Notes: generated by a model from the letters alone, not told the origin. A DNA stretch of 63,135 nt, filler included, from Reclinomonas americana ATCC 50394 (GCA_048213135.1; 16 parts of 16 records of this genome joined end to end with filler, not necessarily neighbours in it), one strand, 5' to 3'; positions 1-15,500 are shown, counted from the whole stretch's first letter. A program made the numbers and translations.

Positions 1-58
1 TTGCTCTCTTTCGCGTTTTTTTGCACGTCTGACCTGATGACTGTGTGTCTCGGTGCAG

Positions 59-2006
59 TTGCTGGTGGTGCAGTCGCCGACCTACTTTGAGAATCTCGGC
101 CTGCTGATCGCCCACACGCCTCGCACGGTCATTCGCGCGTACCTGCGCATGCGTGTGATCAACGCGTACTCGAACCAGCTGTCGCAGGCCTTCCAGGATG
201 AGGACTTTAGCTGGAAGTCAATCATCAGCGGCCAGCAGGCACCGCGTCCTCGGTAACTACGTGAACGCGTTTGGTGGGAGCCTCTCCCCTTGATGTGCTG
301 CGCTCATCGTGGCGTCTTGTCGCAGATGGAAGACGTGTGTCGGCATGGTCGACGGGTACCTCGGAGAGTTGCGCACACACCGTCATGCAATCCGTGCAAG
401 TGCATCGTCTCAGTGTGTTCACCCGTCGCACTTGCAGCATCGTTGGTCGCTACTACGTGCAGCGCATGTTTGCTGGCGCGAGCAAGACGATTGCCAAGCG
501 CATGATTGCCGACGTCGAGAAGGCGTTTGAGGACTCGCTGCCGGGTCTCGACTGGATGGATGCCGACACGCGCACTCGCGCCGTCGGAAAACTGCGTGCC
601 ATTCGCAACAAGATTGGATGTTGCGCGTTGCTGTTGCTGCCGCTTGTGCGTGTGCATTGTGCACTTACGCATGTTCACCTGCAGACCCCGACAAGTGGGA
701 ATCGTATGCGGAGCTCATTCCGCAGCTCCGGCCCGACTCGCTGTTTGCCAGTGTGCAAGCCGCACGTGACTACGAGACGCAAAAGGAGATTCAATCGGTG
801 GGGCGCTGTCGTCGGTGCATTAACGTGACTGCTTTGTTTCTCATTGATGGGACAGGTTGGCAAGGCTGTGGACCCCACCAAGTGGTACATGACCGCTCCG
901 ACCGTGAATGCGTACTACATGGTATGTCTGTTGGTCCCACATAATGGTAACGTCACGTCTCTCACTCCTTTCCGCAGCCCGAGGCCAATGAGATCGCCTT
1001 CCCTGCCGGCATCTTGCAGCAGCCTTTCTTCAATCAGACATTCCCTGCCGCCATCAACTACGGAGCTGTTGCGTGAGCTGTGTGTGGTCGCAAGTCCTCT
1101 CGCACGTCATTTCCGATCATCTCACTTTGTGTGTTGCAGATTGTTTCGTGACGCAACGGCGGTTTCTGTCGCATATGTGTGTGTGCTTATGCTCATTTGT
1201 GTGTTTGCAGGGAGCTGTGATGGGTCACGAGATCAGTCACGGCCTTGACGACCAGGGACGCCAGTACAATGCCACGTTGCGCAACTGCCGATCGTCAAGT
1301 CCTTCTTGTTGTTGGTGTTGCTGTGCTCATCATCGATATGCAGTGGTCACTTGTCGCCATGGTGGAACGAGATGGCGGTGGAGAAGTTTGTCGAGCGCGC
1401 CAACTGTGTGAGCAACCTGTACTCGTCGTACGAGGTGGACATTGGTGGCAGCATGCTGGCCGTCAACGGAAACCTGACTCTGGGGTTGCGTTCTGCTGCT
1501 GTTGCCGAGGATGCCACTTGCAATCAGTGACTGATGTCTCGGCGTCTTTTATCAGTGAAAATATTGCCGACATGGGTGGTGTGGGCGTCGGCTTTGCCGC
1601 CTACCGCAAGACGCTGCAGCCGGGCCAAAACGCTGGTTGGTACATTGGTGCTGCTCTTTGTGTTCCCAGTAGACCTTTAACTCACTACCCTTCGCGCAGA
1701 ACCCAGCATCGTCTCCGGTCTCACCAATGACCAGCTGTACTTTGTCTCCTACGCTCAAGTGTGGTGCACCAAGGCCACGGTGCGTTTTCCACCTCAAAAA
1801 AAAACATGCTGCATCTCAGTTGCTAACATGGCTATACTGTGCACGCGCAGCCGGCGTACGCTCGCCTGCAGGTGCTGACGGACCCGCATTCACCGGCCAA
1901 GTATCGTGTGAACGGTCCGCTGTCCAACTCGACACCCTTCGCCGAGGCTTTCCAGTGCCCCGTCGGGTCCAACATGAACCCGCAGCACAAGTGCCGCGTC
2001 TGGTGA
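59..2006 (+). CDS. M13 family zinc metallopeptidase (neprilysin/endothelin-converting enzyme-like), 5'-partial, ~11 exons
   Basis: Spliced translation gives [46 protein letters not shown] (HExxH), GENIADMGG, DPHSPAKYRVNGPLSN and terminal KCRVW*. Stop TGA at 2004-2006; all introns GT-AG. Confidence 0.95.
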
Positions 2007-2528
2007 TGCAGAACCCTCTTTCTTCACCCACTGAACCTCTCCTGTGGTGTTTTCCTTTCGTAAAGTTTGCGAAAATGAGAGACGCATGACAAAGACAAAG
2101 CAGGCATCATCAACATCAGGCGCCACGTACACTCTCTTCGTGCTTGGAAACACCAACAGCACAGTCGAGCACGCACCGCCGAGAAAAGTAGGAGAAGCAG
2201 AGGGACTGAAACAAGGGCGACGCTCATTTGCACACGAGCAGCAAGCCAGCTCGCGTAGGCGATGGCGATCACATCGACCACGCTGCAAGCAAATCACACT
2301 TGGCGAGAGCTTCGTGCCAGCGTCTGTACATGGAAAAGAGAGAAAAAGAGACACACACATAGAACGAAAAAAATACAAGAAACAAGGTGAACAAATGGAG
2401 AGGGGGGAGACATGAATGGACATGCAACGACACACACACATACGCAAACACGCACGCACACACACGGAATGGTAGAGAGGAAGAGAGAGAGACAAAGAAT
2501 GCAACAAGGGAAAAAAGAAATGGCGTGA

Positions 2529-4791
2529 CTACTCAGCCTTGTCGGCGTCGCCTGGAACGAAAGCAGGATCACCGGCTGGCATGGCCGGGTGCGCCGGAAC
2601 GAAACCCACTGGCGGCGCGGGCGCGAAACCGACAGGCGCCGGCGCTGGCACCATCATAGGTGGGCCAGGCATTGGTGGCTGCCAGCGGAAGAACATGTCG
2701 GCCACCTGCTGCACCTCTTCCGGACTGCACACGAGTCTGTCCATGAGGAACTGCAGGGGTGGCTCGCCCGGCTGCGCCATCTGCCACTGCATGCGCAGGG
2801 CGCCGAATGCACGGACGCGAAGCCACAGGACTCCACGCAGGATGATTGACCGCTCGATGCTGCCCTCTGCACATTGCGACAAGAGGCCGAAATAGGCTGG
2901 CACATTCAACTCTTGTGCGGCCCGGCTTACTTGCAGCGCAAATGCCACAGAGTCACTCTGACACGCAGATAGCAAGCGAGTGAGATTCCCCCAGCATCAC
3001 TGCACAGCACGGGATAAGCAGTGCGTGCGGATACCTGGATCTGCGGCAGCATCGACAGGAGGCCTTGGATCTGCAGGAAGGCCTGCTGTGGCTCGTCAAT
3101 GCAAGCGTGCACCAGAATCAGCTGTGCGACGCTAACACAGAACGCCGGGAAAGCGGGCGATCGACTGATCTCCTCGGGCGTGGGACGAGCTGCAGCGAAG
3201 CGCATTTGTGAGACAACACGGGTCGAGATAAAGGATATACACAAAACACACACACGCACCGTGGAAATTCTTCGGGGCGCCGTGCTTGGCGGTGTAAATG
3301 TGCAGCGGGAAGGTGTGCACCAGATCGACAGCGAGACGACGGTACCGCTCAAAGTCGTTCAGCTGCAGCAGCGCAAATGCGGAGGCCGATTGAAGGACTG
3401 CGTGCCGTGCACGATGTGGTCAGCAAAAGTTAGGGGTGAACTGAGCTGGATGGGGACATGGTGGTGTACCATCAATCATGAACTGGTCGTACGGGCGCAG
3501 CCATTGGGTGAGACTGCGGGCCAGCACGTCGTACCACAACACCAAGGACTGCAGATTGGCCGCCAGCGTCGCCTGTACAAATGCCAATCAGCTGCTACTT
3601 CGTATATGTCTCGCTGAATCATTCACGCAACAGCATCACGCTGTGCCGACACGATGCGTGCAAACAGCTGGTGCGCGCGCTCCAACGTGTCCACCAGGGC
3701 ATCGGGTGCAAGTTCAGCAATCCATGCGTCACTGCTCGCCGACGCACTCTCCGCACCCGCTGCAGGGTCGGGACCAGCGGCCGCCGAACTCGCGGCGGCA
3801 CCAGCAGTCGGTGGCACCGAGTCCTCGGCCGGCGGGTACCACGTGGACATGATGACCTTGGGGTTTCTCTGTTTGCGCTCCCGGATTAGTGATGGATATC
3901 AGAAAAAAACACCGATGCAGAGACACGCAGGTCACGTTCATACCGAGCTGTGCTCGTCGCTACCAAAGCTACCGCCACCACCGAAACCTCCGCCACTCAC
4001 TGTCGTCACTGTGGTCGTGGCGCCGGAGGTGGCGTAGCCGGCGGGACGCGGTGCCGAGTTGGCGTTGCGCNNNNNNNNNNNNNNNNNNNNNNNNNNNNNN
4101 NNNNNNNNNNNNNNTTAATTAATTAANNNNNNNNNNNNNNNNNNNNNNNNNNNNNNNNNNNNNNNNNNNNGGGTGCGGGTGTGGGTGCGGATGCGGGTGC
4201 TGGTGCTGGTGCTGGTGCTGGTGCGGATGCGGGTGCGCGTAGCCGTATCCCTCACCACCGCCACCACCGCGTCCACCACCACCTCGACCACCGCGGCCGC
4301 GACCACGACCTAAACCTCAGGGCTCCTTCAGTACACACACACACACAGCATCATTGACGCACACACGCACACACAATGCGCTCACCATCGCCGCGACCTC
4401 CGCGACCGCCGCGACCGCCACGTCCACCCGCATTACCCGCTGTGACCACACACACACCCACAAACAAAGATGAGTGCACACTCACATACACAAGACAACA
4501 GAGAGAGAGAGAGAGACTCACCATCGGGCTCGGGAGACGGCGAGTCGCCCCACATGTCGCCCGCCTTGCCAGTGTGCACTGTATGCAAGTGTGTAAGAAG
4601 GAGGCGAGACAAGTCGCAGAGAGAGAGAGATGGCGCGCAAACAAACAAACACACGTGACATGTCCTCGCACACAACAGCACACAAAACGCAAGAGAGCGC
4701 GCATGATGCGCATAAAGAAATGAAAGACACATGTGTGTGTGCGTGTGCGTGCGTAGAATACACAGCGCAGCGACGCGTGCTCACCTGACAT
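2529..4791 (-). CDS. Hypothetical protein with N-terminal RGG repeats, a His/Gln/Pro tract, a helical C-terminal region and a Pro/Ala-rich tail; spans the gap at 4071-4170
   Basis: ATG TCA G|GTGAG at 4791. Small exons encode GGRGGRGGRGGRGD and GRGRGRGGRGGGG..HPHQHQHQ. Downstream exons are bounded by GT-AG, with stop TAG at 2529-2531. Continuity across the gap is inferred. Confidence 0.6.
4071..4170. other. Artificial gap linker N44-TTAATTAATTAA-N44 (first of 15)
   Basis: Identical 100-nt linkers, with stops in all six frames, at 4071, 13563, 16877, 20059, 25006, 31244, 32725, 38150, 43233, 45019, 49082, 51625, 57961, 59953 and 61702. Confidence 0.99.
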
Positions 4792-4823
4792 TGCAAAGTT
4801 AGGAGTGACTACCGACCGACGGA

Positions 4824-5531
4824 ATGGGCTGGTCAACTTTACTTAACTTAACTCCACTCGTGATGCCGCTGGTGTGCGAGGGCGTCGCCGTTGGCGCACA
4901 CACACTCACTCTGCGCCTCCACGATGTGCGCGACGAAAGCGAGGCACGCGCGTGGATGAGCGCCACAGGAGGCTCGGAGAATCCCGGGTGCGCGGTGCTC
5001 GATGCCAGCCTGGTGCGCGCGCTCTCTCTCTCCCCAGGGTCGCTCTTTTGTATACTCACGCAAGAGCAGGTGTTGAGTGTGTTGTGCATTCAGTGCGCGG
5101 CATTGAATGCAGTGACGCGCGCGGAACGTGAGGCGCTGATCACGCGTCATGTGTTTGCCGAGATGCTGTACTCGTTGATGCCGAGCAGACAGGTGCACAA
5201 GCGCACACAGCGCCACTCTTTTGTGTACGCGTGCGTGACATTGTCTCTTCAGATCTCTGCCGCGTTTCAGCGATTCGGCGTCAATGCCGCCACGAGACAA
5301 GTGCTCATCGTGTGTCTCGACGAGCAGGCGCCAGTCGACACAGTGCAGGCGCTTCTTGGCGATGACGATGGCGATCAGCGTGTGGACGTTGACACACTGA
5401 GCGCGGCGCTGGCCGAGCGCTGCAACATGGACGCCATTGGCGAGCTGTACAAGCTGAGCGAGCGCGAGCGGGCCGCCAGCCACGCGGTGACTGCTGTCCT
5501 CGGCCGCATGGCATTACGCGACATCAAGTAG
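4824..5531 (+). CDS. CGI121: KEOPS/EKC complex subunit Cgi121/TPRKB (2 introns; start may be ATG 4863)
   Basis: Motifs VLDASL..V.S..Q.AALNA, LITRHVFAEMLYSLMPSRQ|ISAAFQRFG and C-terminal LYKL..E....VLGRMALRD match the Cgi121 family pattern. Confidence 0.85.
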   Translation: MGWSTLLNLTPLVMPLVCEGVAVGAHTLTLRLHDVRDESEARAWMSATGGSENPGCAVLDASLVRALSLSPGSLFCILTQEQVLSVLCIQCAALNAVTRAEREALITRHVFAEMLYSLMPSRQVHKRTQRHSFVYACVTLSLQISAAFQRFGVNAATRQVLIVCLDEQAPVDTVQALLGDDDGDQRVDVDTLSAALAERCNMDAIGELYKLSERERAASHAVTAVLGRMALRDIK

Positions 5532-5556
5532 TAAAACACAACACACACTCATTCAA

Positions 5557-6221
5557 TTACCGTCGTGGCGATGCGCGGACGACAATGGGCGGAGGCGGAG
5601 GCGCGCCGTCTGCTGCATCGCGCTTCACCACCACACGTGGAGTCACCTGCAGTCGCCGCATACTGTGCGCCAGTGGCTCCTCTGCCGGTCCCTCTGTCGC
5701 CTGCCGCTGCGTCAGGGCGCGTCGACTGCTGCTCATGGGCGTCAGTGCACTGGCGGCACTGGCACTGGCGGCGACGGGAGGAGGCACTGGCGGGAGTCGT
5801 GGCACGAGTGATGAGCGCGCACCTGCGGCCACTGTGGCCTTTTGAAAGGCCTCGAGTCGGTCTTGAAACGCCGCTCGTCGTTGCCGATAGGCGGCGTGAC
5901 GTGCTGCCGATGCCTATTTCCACACACACCTCAATCAGACACACTCTCACACGCACACGCACACACACAACGAGTCCACTGACCAACAGAATGTCTCGCA
6001 TCTCGAGCGTAGGTTCCGGGGCTCCACGCTGCATCTCCTCGCGTCCCTTTGCCACTCTTCTCTCATACTGCTCGCGCAGAGTCGGTGGCTCTCTGCGTGG
6101 CACATCATACGCACTCTCGGGAACGCGCTTGCGCACAGGTATCCGTCGGTATGCCTGCGGAAAAGCGGAGTGAGAGAGCGCATTAACAATTACACAGAGC
6201 GCGACTCTCGCAGCGCACCAT
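5557..6221 (-). CDS. Small hypothetical basic/Pro-rich protein (MAYRRIPVRKRVPESAYDVPRREPPTLREQYERR...), 3 exons; the first coding exon is ATG only
   Basis: ATG at 6221-6219 is directly followed by a GTGCG donor; the intron ends at CCGCAG (6155). A second CA-rich intron lies at ~5915-5984. Stop TAA at 5557-5559. Confidence 0.55.
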
Positions 6222-6302
6222 TAGAGGACAGTTGTAAAACGGCGCGCCGCGAGCCGTCGATTGTCTTCCCGTTCACGCGCGCGACTTGAAGCAAACCCTG
6301 CG

Positions 6303-9862
<3,560 letters not shown>

Positions 9863-10210
9863 CAATGCGCCGCCTGTGGTGTAACCAAGAGGCGACGACG
9901 ATTATGTGAGCCGCGATGGCTTGCTCCGGATCTCGCGTATGCATGCATCCACACAGATCGCTGTCGAGGAGAGCGAGAGCAGCTGACACCGCGCACGATT
10001 GTGGCAGTAAAGCGTCTGCTCTCAACACCATTCACGCAGTCGGTGCTCCCAGTCGTACGCATCACACCACGTCTGCATGTGAGGATGGTGAATGCCAAAG
10101 GTGGCAATGCCCTGCAGCATCTCCTCGTCCACACACGAAGCCTACACGCACGCGACAACAGAACGTCAGCACTGCTGCGCTGCCATGCAGCGGGCATGGA
10201 GTGGCTTTTT

Positions 10211-11949
10211 CTACGCAACACCAATGGCCGCCTGCACCGAAAAATCCCAGATCAGAGGGGGTGCCTCGGTGGACAAGTAGCTCGACAGAACCGTGGACGA
10301 CAGCGTGCACTTGTCGTGTCGGCCCGGATGAACGGTAAAATGCATGTGGCGACGGTGCATGCCGGCTGCAGCGTGACTGAAAGTGGAGCCACGAGTGCCG
10401 ACAAAGGCTACGCTCGAGCGCGACGCCATCAACAAGTCCACCGTGGCCGCGTCACGATCGCCGTCTGGACCGCGACCATGTCCGTCACTCTCGTCGTTCC
10501 ACACCACCACCGCATGCTCACGCAGTGCTTCGCGGGCCAGCTGCAAGATGTACGGCTGGTCACTGGCCACGTACACATGCGGCATGTGCACACGACCAGC
10601 GGGCAATGGCGTGTTACGACTCTTTGCTGCGTGCCACGCAATCAGTTGCCGAATGCATTCCATAAAAGGAGCAAGGCCGCCTGCATCCTTGGCGCGCCCT
10701 TGGCCAGCATCTGCTTGTTGCTGCTGGCTGGCGGATGGAAAGTAGAGGTCCGGCTGATCGATGCGACCCCGCCGAATGTGCATCGAGTACTCGCAGCCGT
10801 GCTCAACGCCGCACAAGCGCGCCTCCAGGGCATCGATCCGGGTCTGCCAGTGCGCCGAGGGAACAAAGAACCACCGCCACAGTGTGTTCCACGCCACTCC
10901 CACTGCATCGCAAGGAGGTCAGCGCTAGACTGAATGCAAAAACACGGAGGCGAGTCGGCCGGCTACCATGACGGCGGAGCCAGGAGCGCATCGAGCGGTT
11001 GAGGACGACAGTGTGCAGTGGAAACGCTCCGATCGGCTTCAGCACCCACACGGCGTCAGTTGCGTCGGCGGCATGGAAGAGAGTGGCGGGGTCGTCCTCC
11101 GCCGCCCGCGTCACATCCACACACACTGCCGTCTGGTGTGGAACTGCGTGCACGCAACGAGTAGTCAGTCAAGTCAATTACACATGTTCACGTGCGTGAG
11201 CAGCACGCACCCCACACTGAGTTATGTCGGTCCTTGTACGGTGCCTGCGACAACACCGCACGTGCCTGCTCGGCAAAGGGCGCCGGCATTGCAGCCACGC
11301 CGTGCCCGACCGCCAGCGGAAAATCATACAAGCGATCCAAGTACTCGACATGATCGTCCACCACCAGCGCCCTCTGCAGACGCATCGCCAGCAGCAAGTA
11401 CGCAAACAATGACGTCTGCCGATTGCCCAGGTTGCCGCTAAAGTTGCCGACCACTGCGTGCAGTGGCGGTGAGGGGATGAGCAAGGGAGCAGGAGGGAGA
11501 GAGTGAGGTAGCCTGACCGAGAAATCGCTTGGATGTCGATGTATCGGTGGCGTCCATCATGCGACGATGCAGGAGTGTGTAATTGGCGATCAGCTGCTGC
11601 GCCGGTGCCTCCAGCAGCGATCCATCGCTGCCACACATGGACAGCAATCGCAGATGATGATCAACGTTGACCGCCTGTGCACGCTTCCTCTCTCTCTCAG
11701 CGATCAGAGTGGCACTCCAAGGCAATCGATGCGTACCTCTGCTGCACACTCGTCGATGGCGTCGTCGTCGACGTTGCTCTTCTTCTTTGTCGACGATGCG
11801 GCGTCGACGAGAGCGCGCCATTCTTGCACGCTGATGTCTTGCACGCGGAGGACACCCGCAGGTGGCCCACGAGGCCAGCCGAGCATGCCTATTAGCACCA
11901 GTAGCGTGCAGGCCACTGCGATGAGAAGGTACGCGCGTGGCAGACGCAT
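10211..11949 (-). CDS. Type II membrane GDP-fucose-dependent fucosyltransferase-like protein (GT23/GT37/O-FucT fold)
   Basis: N-terminal signal anchor (MRLPRAYLLIAVACTLLVLIGMLGW), GNLGNR motif, SMHIRRG, VYVASD and VDLLMASRS..FVGTRGSTFS, the conserved motifs of alpha-2/alpha-6/O-fucosyltransferases. The 3' end is uncertain. Confidence 0.75.
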
Positions 11950-13129
11950 GCAGTGCAGGAATGAGGACACTGAGGACAGGCCTTACAACTGGCAGCCGCA
12001 TTAGGAACAGTTGGGGTGGCTGTCAAGGCATGGCGTGCAGTGGAAGCACAAGTCGCCGAGGGCCTCATTTCAAAGCGAAGCCGGCCAGCGCCGCGCGCGC
12101 GGATATCGATCTTCGACGTACGCGTCGACGTCGCGATCGATCGCGATCGATATCGATATCGCGCTGGCCCAGTCGAAGAGTTCCGACACTTGGTATTCTC
12201 CTTCACCAAGGCGCAGTACGCGATGGCGGCCGCGGAAGAGGGCGCTGCGCTCTAACTTGCCCGCTTCCAAATTCGGTAATATCGCGATCGTCGAATTCGA
12301 AGCATGGTTAATATTGGCCTTCACACGGATCAGTGGATGCCAACGTCGAGCTGAAAGAGTGGAAGGCAGCTGGGTTGCTGAAGTGCTGCGTCTCACAGTG
12401 ATCATGAACGCCGGTGCCTCTGCGCGCTCGAATTCGATTTCGGACCGGTTGCATGGGCAACTCACGTCATGAAGACATCTGTCTTCCGCCAAATGGATAT
12501 GACGAGCTCAACATTATCAACAGCAACAACGGTGTGTATTCGACAACGGTCCGAGAGCCGCAACTCCATCGAACTCGAGTGGTGGTTACCGAAAGTGAAA
12601 ATCGACCAGCCTCGGTACCCGGTACCCCACACATTTTGGTTTGTTTCAAACGCGTTTGCCTTTGCCTATCACTCAAGCGATTCCACACACAGTTTTAGTG
12701 GTGAGTAGTGCCACACTGTCATTTGCACTGCGCAGCAATAAGAAAGCGAACACACATACACACAGAGATCTAGGTGTGTGTGTCGCGCGCGCACATGTCA
12801 GTCCACAACTTTGCACACACACGCAAACACATTTTCACATACTCATACACGCACACACACGCACACACACACACACTCACACACATGCATGCACTGTGAG
12901 AAGTCGTGGGCAATATTTGTGTGTGCGAGACGCATGTCACGGTTGCAACGGACACTTGGTTTCGCGCGCTTTCGGTCTAACGTGTGTGTTTGTGTTGTGT
13001 GTTGTGTGTGCGTGTGGTGGTGGTGGTGTGCATATGTGTGCATGTGCATGTGTGCCTGTACATGCGTGCATGTGTGCGTGCGTGTGCGTGTGTGTGTTGT
13101 GAATTGCAGGCACCTGAACGAAACCAACA

Positions 13130-14788
13130 ATGAGCCGGAAGACAACTTGGACCAGTGTGCTTGTGGCACTGGTGCTGGCGCTGGTGTGCGCTTCGGCGCT
13201 TGTTCACGCTTACGACTCGCCCATCAGCGTCCGTTGCGTTTTTTTGCATGCACATGGCATTCTCTTTCCCTGTAGCCTCATCGTGACTGACGACGACTGC
13301 TAAACACCAGGTGGAGGGACCACATGTGCGGCACCGACTGCCGCAACCGCTCACGAGTCGAAGCGCATTTGGTGGTCGGTGGCCTCCAACGCCGACGGCT
13401 CCAAGCTGGTGGCCGTCGTCGAGTTCGGCCGCATCTACACCTCCTCCGACTCGGGTGCGACATGGACGCCGCACGAGTCGAACCGCTACTGGGTCAGTGT
13501 GGCCTCTAGCAGCGACGGCACCAAGCTGGTGGCCTGCGTCTACTGCAACGGTAACATCTACANNNNNNNNNNNNNNNNNNNNNNNNNNNNNNNNNNNNNN
13601 NNNNNNTTAATTAATTAANNNNNNNNNNNNNNNNNNNNNNNNNNNNNNNNNNNNNNNNNNNNGATTAGTGCCGACGGCACGAAGGTGGTGGCGAGTGTGT
13701 ACGACGGCCAGATCTACACTCTCAATGTCAGCGGTAGCTGCTGTGTGCCGAACTGTACCGGCAAGTCGTGCGGCAGTGACGGTTGCGGTGGATCGTGTGG
13801 CACGTGCGGAGCCAACACGCAGTGCAATACGTCGTCGTTCCAGTGCGAGTCCGAGTGTCTGTCGGACTGCAACGGCAAGTCGTGCGGCAGTGACGGGTGC
13901 AGCGGATCATGCGGCACGTGTGGTTCCGGTCAGCAGTGCAATGCATCGTCGTACCAGTGCGAGTGTGCCCCCAATTGCACTGGCAAGTCGTGCGGCAGTG
14001 ACGGTTGCGGCGGATCATGTGGCACGTGCGGTTCCGGTCAGCAGTGCAACGCATCGTTCCAGTGTGAGTGTGTGCCGAACTGCACCGGCAAGTCGTGCGG
14101 CAGTGACGGGTGCAGTGGGTCGTGTGGCACGTGCGGTTCCGGTCAGCAGTGCAATGCATCGTTCCAGTGCGTGTGTGCACCGAACTGTACCGGCAAGACG
14201 TGTGGCAGTGATGGTTGCGGCGGATCGTGCGGCTCCTGCGCCGTCGGTGACTTGCTCATCTCCGAATACGTCGAGGGCACGGGCAACAACAAGTACCTGG
14301 AAATCTACAACAACAGCGCCTCCGCTGCGGACCTCACCAACTACGAAGTGAGAGTGTTCGCCAACGGCGCTTCCACTGCAACACAAACTCTGCAGCTGTC
14401 GACACTTTCTGGCTTGCCCTCAACATCGTTGGCGTCGGGAGGAATTCTCGTGATTCGCAACTCGTCGGCCACACTGACACTGCCGACCGGCGTGACGTCG
14501 TATGCAAATAACACGGTCATGACTTACAACGGCGATGACGCAATCGGCATCTGGAAGAAGTCGACGTCTGCCTACGTGGACATCTTTGGCACCATTGGAT
14601 TGGACCCTGGTTCATCGTGGACTTCCGGCTCACTCACCACGGTCGACAAGACGCTGCGCCGCAAGTCGTCTGTCCTCTCGGGCGTCACGACGAATAATCC
14701 ATCGACATTCGCGACGCTGGCGACGGAGTGGGATCAGTTCAACGCCGACACTGTATCGGGTCTCGGCTCGCACTCGATCACCGGGTAG
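13130..14788 (+). CDS. Secreted protein: signal peptide + BNR/Asp-box-like propeller repeats + 5 Cys-rich repeats + C-terminal lamin-tail domain (LTD); interrupted by the gap at 13563-13662
   Basis: ATG 13130 MSRKTTWTSVLVALVLALVCASALVHA; intron 13233-13310 (GTTGCG..CAG) restores the frame. Repeats WxSVASxxDGxKLVA..G.IYTSSDSGATW, CxPNCTGKSCGSDGCGGSCGTC x5, then DLLISEYVEGTGNNKYLEIYN...YNGDDAI...VDIFG..G.DPG. Confidence 0.8.
13739..14239 (+). repeat. Coding tandem repeat, ~105-114 bp unit, 5 copies (last one truncated)
   Basis: Near-identical GGCAAGTCGTGCGGCAGTGACGG units encoding CVPNCTGKSCGSDGC[GS]GSCGTCGSGQQCNASFQCE. Confidence 0.95.
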
Positions 14789-15062
14789 TCTGGAGGAATG
14801 CAGGCAACTGGAACCCGCACCGCAGCGGGAACGCGTTCTGTGTCATCATGATCACCCAATCGATATCGTGAATTCGAATGAACCGGTTGGAGATCGATGG
14901 TTCCTGTCCAGTTTCCGTTATCTTTGATCACTGTACTGCGTGTACACAGCGAGCGTAGTGCTTACGAGCAGCGTGTGCGCCCCTGCCCGGCTGTGGACCG
15001 AAGAGAACACTTGTAGTCGATCGCAGGACGTCTTTACACAATCGATATCCTTCGAGACGCCA

Positions 15063-15500
15063 ATGAGCGCACATTTCAAACCTGCTTTGAAGGCCATCGA
15101 GAATGTCGTGGCTGACCGCGCTGCGGCGGCACAGTCCGTCACTGAGGGCCTCTCCATTATCCAGGCCAATCCTCGCTCGTTCGAGAGGCTTCTCGTGGCG
15201 CTGGCCCAGTCCTTGGAGGAGTACAGGGGATCATCGATGTACGGCGTTCATGTTCACCAAGTCATTGGTGAGTGCAGCATGCGCACGCAGCGCTGCGGAG
15301 CTCAAGGAGCTCGAGGGAAACTGACTTTTTCCGTTTCTGATGTAGCCACAGTTGCAACTATCGGCCTCAACAAGGACTACTACGATAACGAGTACCTCCA
15401 GGCACTCAAGGATGCCAACGCCAGACTGAACGAGTTGGAGGCATGCGCAGGGGGAGGCCTTTTGGAGCGCGGAGGAGATCCATCAATCGGCTCACTGTAA
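15063..15500 (+). CDS. Hypothetical helical protein (~120 aa, one intron)
   Basis: ATG 15063 MSAHFKPALKAIENVV..., intron GTGAGT..GTAG at ~15269-15345, stop TAA at 15498-15500. No recognised domain. Confidence 0.5.
   Translation: MSAHFKPALKAIENVVADRAAAAQSVTEGLSIIQANPRSFERLLVALAQSLEEYRGSSMYGVHVHQVIGECSMRTQRCGAQGARGKLTFSVSDVATVATIGLNKDYYDNEYLQALKDANARLNELEACAGGGLLERGGDPSIGSL

Noticed and set aside
1071..1210. Possible GC-AG intron giving NYGAV-GAVMGHE
   Set aside because: Two canonical GT-AG introns of typical size around a 3-nt exon explain the region better and give the consensus Ile.
4115..4126. TTAATTAATTAA palindrome repeated 15 times
   Set aside because: Always centred in 88 Ns; it is an artificial six-frame-stop linker, not a biological repeat or CRISPR array.
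10001..10933. 310-aa plus-strand ORF
   Set aside because: Antisense shadow of the GC-rich fucosyltransferase-like exon; no recognisable motifs.
12016..12311. Short ORFs overlapping the palindromic element
   Set aside because: No recognisable motifs or splice support; the DRDRYRYR/RSRSISIS content simply reflects the palindromic DNA.
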